64,000 nucleotides of DNA from NCBI RefSeq assembly GCF_046119375.1, contig NW_027362767.1, positions 415,710,001 to 415,774,000 of the forward strand. Reading direction: 5' to 3'. Shown here in pieces: positions 15,125 to 29,800 of this stretch. A program made the position numbers and the translations under genes. The number at the start of each line of letters is the position of its first letter. Position 1 is the stretch's first letter. Origin of the DNA: Phyllobates terribilis (taxonomy: Eukaryota). A model generated the notes under the pieces. It was given only the letters and a program-made list of their open reading frames with translations, had not been told where the DNA came from and ran no database searches.

Positions 15125-16693
15125 CAGTCATGGCCAAAAGTATTGAGAATGACACCAAAATTATATTTTCACATGATCTGCTGGCCTCTGGTTTTTATTA
15201 GTGTTTGTCTGATGTTTATATCACATACAGAAATATAATTGCAATCATATTATGAGTACCAATAGGTTATATTGACAGTTAGAATGAGTTAATGCAGCAA
15301 GTCAATATTTGCAGTGTTGCCTCTTCTTCTTCAAGACCTCTGTAATTCTCCCTGGCATGCTCTCGATCAACTTTTGGACCAAATCCTGACTGATAGCAGT
15401 CCATTCTTGCATAATCAATGCTCGCATTTTGCCAGAATTTGTTGGTTTTTGTTTGTCCACCCGTCTCTTGATGATTGACCACAAGTTCTCAATGGGATTA
15501 AGATCTGGAGAGTTTCCAGGCCATGGACCCAAAATCTCTATGTTTTGTTCCATGAGCCATTTAGTTATCTCCTTTGCTTTATGGCAAGGTGCTCCATCAT
15601 GCTGGAAAAGGCATTGTTGGGCGCCAAACTGCTCTTGGACGGTTGGGAGAAGTTGCTCTTGGAGGACATTCTGGTACCATTCTTTATTCATGGCTGTGTT
15701 TTTAGGCAAGACTGTGAGTGAGCCGATTCCCTTGGCTGAGAAGCAACCCCACACATGAATGGTTTCATGATGCTTTACAGTTGGCATGAGACAAGACTGG
15801 TGGTAGCGCTCACCTCTTCTTCTCCGAATAAGCTGTTTTCCAGATGTCCCAAACAATCGAAAAGGGGATTCATCAGAGAAAATGACTTTGCCCCAGTCCT
15901 CAGCAGTCCACTCCCTGTACCTTTTGCAGAATATCAGTCGGTCCCTGATGTTTTTTCTGGAGAGAAGTGGCTTCTTTGCTGCCCTCCTTGAAACCAGCCC
16001 TTGCTCAAAGAGTCTCCGCCTCACAGTGCGTGCAGAAGAACTCACACCAGCCTGCTGCCATTCCTGAGAAACTCGACACTGCTGGTAGTCCGATCTCGCA
16101 GCTGAAACAGTTTTAAGATGCGGTCCTGGCGCTTGCTGGTCTTTCTTGGGCGCCCTGGAGCCTTTTTGACAACAATGGAAGCTCTCTCCTTGAAGTTCTT
16201 GATGATGCGATAGATTGTTGACTGAGGTGCAATCTTTGTAGCTGCGATACTCTTCCCTGTTAGGCCATTTTTGTGCAGTGCAATGATGGCTGCACGTGTT
16301 TATTTAGAGATAACCATGGTTAACTGAAGAGAAACAATGATACCAAGAACCAGCCTCCTTTTAAAGTGTCCAGTGATGTCATTCTTACTTAATCATGACT
16401 GATTGATCGCCAGCCCTGTCCTCATCAACACCCACACCTGTGTTAATGGATCAATCACTAAAACGATGTTAGCTGCTCCTTTTAAGGCAGGACTGCAATG
16501 ATGTTGAAATGTGTTTTGGGGGTTAAAGTTCATTTTCTGGGCAAATATTGACTTTGCAAGTACAGTAATTGCTGTTAAGCTGATCACTCTTTGACATTCA
16601 GGAGTATATGCAAATTGCCATTACAAAAAATGAAGCAGTAAACTTTGGAAAAATTACTATTTGTCTCATTCTCAATACTTTTGGCCATGACTG
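15125..16693 (-). mobile_element. Near full-length Tc1 element; transposase frameshifted in the N-terminal part
   Basis: TA-flanked TIRs CAGTCATGGCCAAAAGTATTGAGAATGA. ORF 15302-16045 carries the DD34E triad ([23 protein letters not shown]). The true ATG at 16317 is out of frame with it. Confidence 0.9.
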
Positions 16694-17696
16694 TACATAC
16701 ACTGTCAGGTGGGCGCCGTTATACTGATTAAAATGATACCTTGGTTGTTTAAATCCGTCCTGTGGTTCTTGTGTAATCTTTATTTTCAGTTTGGAGACAA
16801 TGATATGCCCGTGCTTCAGGGCGGGCTCTATCTTGTGCTCTGCTTACTTATTCAGATATATGCTGTTATGACAGGTCACTGAACTGATCGTTCAGTGACC
16901 TGCCTCCTATTTTACATAACGCATCTAGTAGTGTGGGGTTAAGTAAAAAAAAATTTTTTTTAGCTCCAGCAAAAATGGCAGCGGAGTCTGCACAGTAGCA
17001 TCTAGCAGCAAGCGATAGCTGCTACTGCGCATGCATGGGTGCCATTTTGCTTGTTTTAGTTTTTTTTCTTACCTAACCCCACTGAAACACTGCAGCGCGC
17101 CGACAGGTCACTCTTCAGCGAAGCAGAAGGTGAGTATCAGACAGGGGACTTACATGTAAAGCACCACTCCAGGGGTGCAATAAGCAAAGAGGCTAGGGTG
17201 GTGCTTTAAACATAAATAAATGAATGCCACCTCCACAAAGAGAAGCTGCCACATATAGTAAAACAGATAAAGTAAGGGCATTACTATCCTAATGATATAT
17301 TGAAAATAAACTGATATCTAAAGTATTGCTATTATGGTTATCAAAACAAATGTTATAACCAATAGTAAGACATTCAAAAGCAGTCAAAGGCCACTGTAAT
17401 AGACATGATTGACTAATCAGATATATACAAATATAACCCATAGCTACCAAAGGCCTCATAAGCAAGGAGCAAGATGTCACATAACATCACTGAAGAACGG
17501 CTATTATTACCAATAAAAATATATTTTTAGACTGGGGTGGTTTCTTCGTTTTTGAAATCTCCCACTATCTTTCGCTGTTACTTTACTATGAGCTTTCGCA
17601 TCTAAGGGGGCCCAGAGGGGGTTGTGAGAAGGGCTGTGGAGTCGGTAAGCCAAACCACAGACTCAGACTCAATTTCCCTGATTTCTGTTTCTACAG

Positions 17697-18331
17697 CACG
17701 GCCTCACTACTGAGCATGTATATAAAGTGCAGCACAGATTCATCTCACGGCCTCACTAGTGAGCATGTACATAAAGTGCAGCACAGATTCATCTCACGGC
17801 CTCACTACTGAGCATGTACATAAAGTGCAGCACAGATTCATCTCACGGCCTCACTACTGAGCATGTACATAAAGTGCAGCACAGATTCATCTCACGGCCT
17901 CACTACTGAGCATGTACATAAAGTGCAGCACAGATTCATCTCACGGCCCACTACTGAGCATGTACATAAAGTGCAGCACAGATTCATCTCACGGCCTCAC
18001 TAGTGAGCATGTACATAAAGTGCAGCACAGATTCATCTCACGGCCTCACTACTGAGCGTGTACATAAAGTGCAGCACAGATTCATCTCACGGCCTCACTA
18101 CTGAGCATGTACATAAAGTGCAGCACAGATTCATCTCACGGCCTCACTACTGAGCATGTACATAAAGTGCAGCACAGATTCATCTCACGGCCTCACTACT
18201 GAGCATGTACATAAAGTGCAGCACAGATTCATCTCACGGCCCACTACTGAGCATGTACATAAAGTGCAGCACAGATTCATCTCACGGCCTCACTACTGAG
18301 CATGTATATAAAGTGCAGCACAGATTCATCT
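17697..18331. repeat. 49-bp minisatellite, 13 copies
   Basis: Unit CACGGCCTCACTACTGAGCATGTACATAAAGTGCAGCACAGATTCATCT, head-to-tail with no spacers; two copies lack one base. Confidence 0.95.
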
Positions 18332-18399
18332 CAACTAAAAGCCGAAATCCTTAGATCAGGAACAGAACAGACATTTATAGGATATTTTATAACTTTTTC

Positions 18400-18451
18400 T
18401 AATTCATTTGTAATCATCCTGAAGACGGAGCCCCTGTGCTCTGAAAGCTTG

Positions 18452-18529
<78 letters not shown>

Positions 18530-18560
18530 CTGGTTAGCCAATAAAGGCATCACTCAGAGA
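18400..18560 (+). mobile_element. Penelope-like terminal remnant containing a (TA)n microsatellite (18455-18526)
   Basis: CTGAAGA-stem-GAAAGCTTGCA motif followed by TTTTCTGGTTAGCCAATAAAGG. A related copy lies on - at 33890-33990. The family assignment is from memory of frog Penelope ends. Confidence 0.5.
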
Positions 18561-19589
18561 ATACTTTTGTCATTTCGGGGCATAAAAAGTATTTACATAG
18601 ATTTTTCTTGCTAACACGGTACCACAATATAATTTTGTACTTTATACCAAATTCTTATGAAAACATTTACACCACATCCTGCACTGAACTACTGAACCCA
18701 ATTTATTATATATTTTAGGTGTCGGCCTATTTTATACCAACTCCACAGCTCTGGTTGTGAAGCCCCACATCTCAGAGGTTTGAACCCAATCTTTGATAGA
18801 ACGTCAGGTCCTTTAGGGAGGGGGGTCATTAAGGACCCTTCTATTTGGATATTGTTATTTAGTAAATTCACTAGTCTGAGGCTGCCGACTCGTCTTAAGA
18901 GTAACTAAAGCTTTGAAATGTTCTAATTTTGAGCAGCTAGGTGAAGGTCAGGGGGTCCAGAGACCACCACAATTGTGTCACCTCTCCGTCGGGGAGGTGC
19001 ACAGCTCAGCAGATAGGCGCACACCCAGAGCGGGGTACGATTCAATAACGTAGGCTTCACAGCTGTGCGCTCCTCACGGGGAGGGGTCTTCGGGTGATTA
19101 TTGGGGTTTCAAGACCAAGACCCCCACCCACCGATCAGGTTGAAATTATAAGGGCAATGAATAGCGAGGCAAGTAGCGGCCATGGACACGTACTCAAGGG
19201 CTGATCGCAATTCTGGGGCAATGAAGTGTCGCCCACATTGTGCTCTAGAGGGGGCACAGAGATCAGACCCTCATTAACCCTCTCATCACCACAGCTCATT
19301 CTCCAATCCGCCTTTACTCCACCCCAAAACACAATATTCAACTGAACCGGAAAAAACGTGGCCTTCTCCATCTTATCCCTCCCTACTCATATCTCCTCAT
19401 GTATGACGCTGGAGACATGTCCGCTTCACGTCCCCTACCTCAGCGCCCTCACCTCACACCGCTGCGGAGGACACGACGGTTACTAGTCCTGACTAAATTG
19501 CGTCACTTGCGTCAGGCAATCTCCTCGTCGCGCGCATTTTCCAGTGTGTCGTCCCGCGCCGTCTCGCGACAGCCGCCCCGAGCCTCGCT

Positions 19590-19860
19590 CTGATTGGACA
19601 AGCTATCGGAGAAAATTCCCCCCCCCCCCAGAGATGTGACGTCACCGATAGCTGCAGACTCTGATTGGACGAGTGTTAGAACCCGCTTCAACGCTCGCGA
19701 ATATTTTCTGTTGTCTATGAGGTAAGCTGCTCGGTGATTGGCTGGGTCTGCTGTGAACACTCGGGAAAGTTGCCTAGCGACGTCGGGAGCGTTTGAGCAC
19801 CGCCTTCTGATTGGTTAGAAGAGTTGTGATGTGTCTGCACCCTACACATATATTGAGAGC
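19590..19860 (+). promoter_or_regulatory. hsp70-type promoter: four inverted CCAAT boxes, HSE-like elements, CRE, TATA-like box
   Basis: ATTGG at 19593, 19664, 19737, 19810; aGAAaaTTCc at 19610-19619; tGAAc-aCTCg-gGAAa-gTTGc at 19754-19773; TGACGTCA at 19637; TATAT at 19849; lies directly upstream of the hsp70 ATG. Confidence 0.7.
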
Positions 19861-19982
19861 CGAGCAGTAGGGAGGATTCAGTTATTGAACTGTCCCATTG
19901 TGATACAAGAGCTGCGAGTCTCCCTGGCTGAGCTGTGTCACCTGCCCTGATTCTCCAGACTGCACACTTATCCTGACAGAAG

Positions 19983-22077
<2,095 letters not shown>

Positions 22078-23392
22078 GAACTGTTATGTGAAGATCCAGA
22101 TATAAAGTGAATAGACACGGACTTGCTGATGAGTGGTTGGCGCCTGACTGATCTTTATCTCAAGAATCTCAATTCTGGAGTTTTGACATAACAGTAGATT
22201 TTCAGAAATCCATACACTACGATATTGCTGGTTACAGTGTGGAAGATACTACACATTGAAAGTAATCAAATGAATTGTAAAATTTTTAGTAATACATTTT
22301 TTTTGTTATCTTATGCCTGATAAGTGTTTTATGTGCACATTAATACCGTTACTAAATGTATAAATCGTAAAGGCTTTTTCAGTATAAGGGGCTTTTCCTA
22401 TTGCAGTGATAGCATAAAGATGGCGATCTTATCTAATGTCTGGAGTACCACCGAAGAAGACTTCTGATCAGGCTACATAGGGTGGGGCCAGAGATGGACA
22501 CACCGTGCACCCTGAGTACTTACCCATCCCTTCTCCCACCCAATGTGCCACTCTTCTCTGTGGCTTGGAAAATACATGTTAGCAGCAACAACACACAAAC
22601 ATGTGATTGGATGGTTAGGGGCCGAATACAATGATATCAGAGGCTGAATGTGGCTCCCGGGAATTCATTCAAACCAGCTAATTTTGTCAGAAGTGGCCAA
22701 CCATTTAACGTCTAACAGGAGCGTGTCAAGACTTATGGGCAGCTAACGCTTCAGAGTGGGAAGAATGGGGTATGTTGGATTCCAACATAGCAGATCCTAT
22801 GTTCTCAGGGACATGGGGCAGTCCATAAGTGTCTGGCAGTGGGTTATTCCTCATGACCATTCATATACCTGGGGGAATGAAAAGGAATAGATGTCAGTGG
22901 AAGAAGTGTTTATACAAGTCTGAAAGGGATAATCAAACACTTATCACTTCCGCATTGAGAAGTGAGTTGGGCTATCCATTGACGTTTATGGAAAGTGGGT
23001 TGCAGGTGACCTGCGCCAGAAAAACCAAAACATTTGTATACATTTCCGACTTTGTGTCACAGATCACAGTGCGACACCATAGCAAATCCTTACATAAAAT
23101 GTCAGTGTGATTTGTAGACCTAGCCTAAATTGGCTGAAGGTATCACATTCCTTATGCAAATCAAAAAGCCATTGAGGACATCATGTGCAAAGATTAATAC
23201 ACAAACCTATCACGTCAAATTCCTGTATAATTCGGGTGCCGCAACCCGGGATGTATCAAAAAAACAACTACAAATTATAGTTAAAACGGCAATTGGTTTT
23301 TACCCCACGGTTCTCAGCTGTGAAGAACACAACCATACATTCAAGGAAAGAACATTCGAATGGATGTTTAATAATTTCACAATCCTTATTAA

Positions 23393-23406
23393 AATAAATA
23401 TTTATT
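23393..23406. terminator. Palindromic bidirectional poly(A) signal AATAAATATTTATT
   Basis: AATAAA on + at 23393-23398 and on - at 23401-23406, about 340 nt after the CCHCR1 stop. Confidence 0.5.
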
Positions 23407-23742
23407 TACATGGCTTTACATCCATCATTCACAATAACCAGTAGGATGAAGCTGGAGTGACATTGCCATACACAAATCACGGGTACAAATCGAAGGATTA
23501 ACACAATTTCAATGTTTTCCTACGGGCACTTTCAGTGTCTTCACTGAAAGTGCAATAAGCAGTCCACAATTTTATCCCAACCGTGTTCTCGCCAATGGCT
23601 TACAGTTAATCTGCATCTTGAACATATCAAATATAACAGAAGTTTCCCCCCTTAGCCCAGTTTGTGTGCGGCTGATGTTTGTGTGCCCAAGAGCTGGCTT
23701 AAGTTTACACGTAGTTCATTTCCTCTATGCTGTGACCACCAC

Positions 23743-23834
23743 CTAGTGGCTAAAGTCTTCATCATCATCCACGTCATCAGCAAGCACAGTGGCTCCAAGG
23801 CTTTGTAGATTGGCCAGCATGCAGGATATCTTTG
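23743..23834 (-). CDS. CCHCR1: CCHCR1 last coding exon
   Basis: AKISCMLANLQSLGATVLADDVDDDEDFSH*; 92 nt. Confidence 0.88.
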
Positions 23835-26800
23835 CTACGTAAAGAAAAAATACGAAAAACTTTAATTTAAAAAACAATACCAAGATAAAAACTTCAAAAA
23901 CACAGACAATCAGCTTTTTCTTGGAGTGAAGACACCAAGGTCTCGACCACATGGTCACTGCCTGTGTGTCTTTCTAGTTGGCTGTTTCAGCATTTTGCCT
24001 ACAGGCCTTTGTTCTAGACAGCAGCACTCATTATATGCATGGGAATTATCTATCATAAGTGGGTTTTTTTCCAGGTGCTACTGACCAGTGAGGGTCCTGA
24101 TTCTGAGACACCCCCCCCCCCCCCCCCGCCACACACAAATCCCTCATAAAAACAGCCCTGAAGTGTGCACTGTATGTTTACAGTATGTAGGCCCAACCAG
24201 GTTAGTTTTTTTTTCCTAGTGGTATTTATTCTGCAGAAATACATATATAATTCACCTTTGACACCTGGAGTACAACTGACGTCCTCTTCCCGTCTCTGTA
24301 CTTTCTCGTTTCCAGTATCTATGGACTGAACGGCTGACAATCGGGTTTTCTGGTATGAGGCAAACAATCCTTCCTGCCGGAGAGTTGCCTGGAAGGACAA
24401 ATGCACAAACTCCATTTTTAATCTAGTTTAACAATGTAGAATATACCGACAAGAAAAACTACGATAGATAGCATGATGCTAGTTGTGATTTTCGTTTCTC
24501 CAATTAGCAAAGTCACTTTGCAACACGGTTTGACGAACCTTGTGAGTGTCAATAAAACATATGTACATTGAGGTGGAGTTTCCCTTTTATTTTTAAGTGA
24601 TGATTATCACAATAATATTCCCAAATTATTATTTCAATTGGTTTAGGTCACGCAGTACCTAGGGACTGTGGACTCTAACCAGGTCCCTAGAACTTTGGGC
24701 GCCCTGGTCTATCCCTGTCTCCCGGATTACTCCTGAAGTTGGAGATGCAGAGTTGACGTGCCTTATTAAGCACCTAAATTAACCCTTATCTGTCCACACC
24801 CCTCCCACCTACCAGGTAGGTGGGAAGCTGAATTGTATAGGAATACACTAACCAGACAAACAAGGGAAGACCGACAAGGATAAAAGAAAATAACAGTTAT
24901 ACAAAATCAAACCAAATAGGAGGATGGGGATTTGCACACAAACAAAACTCCAAGCAACAATCTCCTGAACAAATCTCCAAACGCCAACTCCAACCACAAA
25001 CTATAACTCCAACTCCACACCAGGCAGTAAGAACTAACACTGGCAATCTTAAAGTGCCAGAGGTGAGCATATATAGCAGAGGGGAGTGGCCAACACTGAA
25101 CAGCTGAGATAATCCAGATAGGAAAGCTCCAGGAGCTTCAACTGAACAGATTAACCCTTGCACTGCTAGCAAGGAAAAGCAATAAGATGGTGAAATACTT
25201 GTAACCAGTGCAGGAGTTTGTGAAACCAGACGCGGTGATCGTCTGGCCCCTCTATGTCGCGGTATCCCTGTGACAGTTTACCAATGTTATTAGACTGATT
25301 TCTGGCTCATGGTCCCTGGAGGTATATTTATGGTATGTTTACAATATACAGATTTGAGAAACTCACCATCATTAGATTTTTATCCCTTTCCGCCTCTCGT
25401 AGTTGCCGGGTAAGTTGTTCATTTCGTACTCGAGCCGCGTCTTCTAAAGTACTTATGGTTTCTTGGCTCCGGGTCTTCTCTCGCTGTATCTGGCGCTCAG
25501 TCTGTCTCAACGTCACAACTGGAAAGAGCAGAAGCAGTAATTAGGGCAGAGTACGTAAAGGTACTCTGTTATTAGAGAATACTTTAACCCCTTTACCCCC
25601 CCCCAAGGTGGTTTGCACGTTAATGACCGGGCCAATTTTACAATTCTGACCACTGTCACTTTATGAGGTAATTACTCTGGAACGCTTCAACGGATCCCCC
25701 TGATTCTGAGACTGTTTTTTCGTGACATATTGTACTTCATGATTGTGGTAAAATTTCTTCGATATCACTTGCGTTTATTTGTGAAAAAAACGGAAATTTG
25801 GCAAAAATTTTGAAAATTTTGCAATTTTCAAAATTTGAATTTTTATGCCCTTAAATCAGAGATATGTCACACAAAAGAGTTAATAAATAAAATTTCCCAC
25901 ATGTCTACTTTACATCAGCACAATTTTGGAACCCCAATTTTTATTTTTTTTATAAGGGTTAAAAGCTGACCAGCAATTTCTCATTTTTCCAACAAAATTT
26001 ACATAACCATTTTTTTTAGGGACCACATCACATTTGAAGTCACTTTGAGAGGTCTTTATGACAGAAAATACCCAAAAGTGACACCATTCTAAAAACTGCA
26101 CCCGTCAAGGTGCTCAAAACCACATTCAATAACTTTATTAACCCTTCTGGTGCTTCACAAGAATTTTTGGAATGTGGAAGAAAAAAATTAACATTTAACT
26201 TTTTTCACAAAAATGTTACTTTAGACCCCTTTTTTTTTTTTTTCGCAGGGGTAACAGGAAAAAATGGACCCCAAAATTTGTTGTGCAATTTCCCCTGAGC
26301 ACTCAGATACCCCATACGTGGGGAAAAACCACTGTTTGGGCGCACGGCGGGGTTCGTAAAGGGAAGAAGCGACATTTGACTTTTTGAATGTAAAATTTGC
26401 TTGAATAATTAGCGGACGCCATGTTGCGTTTGGGGAGTCCCTGATGTGCCTAAGCAGTGGAAATCCCCCACAAGTAACACCATTTTGGAAACTAGACCCC
26501 TCAGGGTACTTATCTAGATGTGTGGTGAGCACCCTGAACCCTCCCAAGTGCTTTAAAAAAAGTTTATAACATGGAGCCGTGAAAATAAAAAAATTTACTT
26601 TTTCCACAAAAATGATGTTTTAGCCCCAATTTTTTTATTTTCACAAGGGTAAGAGGAGAAAATGGACCCCAAAAAACTTTTGTGCAATTTCTCCTGAGTA
26701 CGTCAATACCCCATGTGTGTGTAAAATACAGTGTTTGGGCGCACGGCAGAGTTCAGAAGGGAAGGAGCATTGTGTGACTTTTTGAACGCACAATTGGCTG

Positions 26801-29800
26801 GAATCGGGAGCGGACGCCATGTCCTGTTTGGAGAGCCCCTGATGTGCCTAAATAGTGGAAACCCCCCACAAGTGACCCCATTTTGGAAACTACACCCCTC
26901 AAGGATTTTATCAAGGGGTATAGTGAACATTTTGAACCCAGAGATACGTCACAGAATTTGATAACATTAGGTCATCATATTGAATAAGTTGTCATTAGTC
27001 TTGAGTGCAAGTGCTCGCTACTTGAGCTTGCATTGGGTACTCAGGTACCATGTATCGTGCGTGTTCGAGTGACATGCTCGAGTCCCTGCCCGCATGTTTC
27101 ACGGTTATTAGGCACCCAAAAAAAAAACACGCGGGGATCGCTTGTGCATGTCAGGCAATCCCCGCGAGTTTTTTTCGCCATCAAAGCTTATGGGGCGGAG
27201 ACTCGAGCATGTCTCTTGAGCACCCGCGATACTTAGTGCATACCCGAGCACCCGATGCAAACTCAAGTAGTGAGCACTTGCGCTCAACACTAGTCGCCAT
27301 ATCGTCATCTTTTTTTTTCTTTAACTTTTGAAAAAAATCCTAACCTCATCACAAACCTAACCCTAGAGTTTATTTTTTACGCCGTTCCTCGTGCGGTATA
27401 AGTGATTAGACGACTTTATTCTTCGGGTTGGTGTGATTACAGCGATACCAGATTCATATCGGGTTTTTATGATTGACAGCTGTCGCACACTAAAAGACGC
27501 TTTTTTTTTTGTAAAATCTAGTTTTTGCATCGCCATATTTTGAGAGCTATAATTTTTCCATATTTTGGCCGACAGTCATGTGACTGTTTGTTTTTTGCGG
27601 GATGAGTTGGCGTTTTTATTGGTGCCATTTTCAGGCATGTGATGTTTTTTGATCGCTTTCTATTCCGATTTTTGGGAGGCAGAATAAACAAATACCAACA
27701 ATTCAGGAATTGTTGTTTTTTTTTTAAATTGTTCTTATTCTGTTCCGCGTGTGGTAAAATTGATTCAGTAGCTTTATTCTTCGGGTCAGTACGTTTACAG
27801 CGGTACCACATTTATAACTTTTTTCTATGTTTTGGCGCTTTTACACAATAAAAGCTATTTTTTAGAAAAAAATAGCTTTTATTGCATCGCTTTATTCTGA
27901 GAGCTATAGCTTTTGTATTTTTCTGCTGATGGAGCTGTATGGCGGCTTGTTTTTTGCGGGACAAGATGACGTTTTCAGCGGTACCATTTTTATTTATATT
28001 CGTCTGTTTGATTGCGTGTTATTCCATTTTTTGCTTGGCGGTATGATAAAGCATTGTTTTTTGCTTCGTTTTTTTTTTTTTTTTTACCACGTTCACTAAA
28101 GGGGTTAACTAGTGGGACAGTTTTATAGGTCAGGTTGTTCCGGACGCGGCGATACCAAATATGTGTACTTTTATTTCTTTTGTTTTTCATAATAATATTT
28201 ATTAATGGGTACATTATATTTTTATTTTTGGTGGATTATTTTTTTCATATTTTTTTAAAAAAAAATTTACATTTTTTAACACTTTTTTACTTTTATTCTT
28301 TGTCCCACTATGGGACATTCACTTTTTTTTATTCTGATCGTCTGTATAGCATAGGGATGGAGCACCATCCCTGTGTTATACAGGCTGTCAGCGCTGCAGA
28401 TGCAGAAGATACTTTGGTCATGCACTGCGCATGACCAAAGTATCTTCCTGATGTCTGCTGACCCGGATGTTGTCATGACAACATTGGGTCGTCATGGCAA
28501 CATCCGGGAAGCCACGGCAGACAGTGTTGGACGCTGGCAGGAGAGGTGAGTATCGCGATCACCTCCCTGTGCCACCGCAATGCTGCGATCGACTTTGATC
28601 ACCGGTTTGCGGGGGTTAATGTGCCGGGAGCGGTGCGGGACCGCTCCCAGCACATAGCACCGGGTGTCCGCTGTGACAATGTACTATTCCGTACCTGGCT
28701 CTTAAGTCCCAGGGCGCAGGTACGCATTAGTACGTCTTGGGCTTTTAAGGGGTTAATATTATTAATCTTACTACAATTCTGGCTCATCTGATTAGATGAT
28801 GCAGGTATTAAAAGGGGTCTCTGGGATTTATTGTTACTCACCTATTCAATCCAGCTACATCTCAGCCCAGGAGAGTCAATGTCACTTTCACATTGCTGCT
28901 GCAGCCAATCACTAACCTCAGCGGTGATGCCTGGATGTACGGCATGTGACGTCTTACGCTGCCTTCTCCCAGAAATGGCACCAAACTGGTCTGTGAAGTT
29001 TAGCCCCATTCACAAGGCCCTCATTAATGTGTGACGTGGGACAAACTTACCCGCTTTTGTGTGCTCTCTCCTGGCCTCATGTAGATGCTTCTCCATCTGC
29101 GCCAGCTGCTGTGTTGTCTTCTCCTCCACGGCTCTCACTTTGTCCTGGAGCTCTTTAAAAAACACATCACGCGCATGATTCTACCCCTGATGTACCTGCC
29201 ATCTCCCAGTACTAAAGATGCCAACATCTGGCCCCTCTTTCTACCTTTCTCATATTCCTCCTTCTGACCGCATAGTTGCTCTTGCAGTCGTGTCGTGGTC
29301 TCACAAGCTTCTTGAAGTCTCCTCTCGAGATCCACAACTTGCTCACTCAGGGCACGCTCCCGCTCTTTCGTCTCATGGAGTGCGGCGCGTAGAAGGGATG
29401 CGGTCTGGCGAGCAGCCTCTATTTCCGCTTCCACTGCACAAAGAATTCATGATTAACCATAATTAAATGATTAACTTGTTAGTTCACAGACATATTCCTC
29501 ACTTATGCCACTGATCTGACAGGGGGCCAAAGGGATGTAAAGCGGCACAATTCTTTGCCACTGTCCTACTTACATTTCTCTCTGGCCTCAGTCACTCTAC
29601 CCTCGATGATTAGAGCGCTGCGCTTCAGTTCTGCGCTCAGACGGTCTCTTTCCTCATTTAATTGGTTCGCTTCAGCCCTTAAATCCTCATATGATGGACG
29701 ACATCTGCAGAAGGAATATTCAAATTAATAAAAGGGGCAAAGACTACAGTCACCCCAGCCCTGATTTTTAGTCCCCCGCACCAGGGCCTGGAATAAAGCG

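Noticed and set aside
17410-17495. C/D box snoRNA on the minus strand (by analogy with the SNORD48/52 host next to human HSPA1B)
   Set aside because: Box C is imperfect, there is no terminal stem, and no rRNA-complementary guide is evident.
17697-18331. CRISPR-like array
   Set aside because: The units are contiguous with no unique spacers, and the context is eukaryotic.
18302-18544. 80-aa ORF with a YI repeat
   Set aside because: It is a translation of a (TA)n microsatellite.
23130-23444. 104-aa plus-strand ORF between hsp70 and CCHCR1
   Set aside because: It uses a TTG start, has no recognisable motif, and lies in AT-rich 3' flanking sequence.
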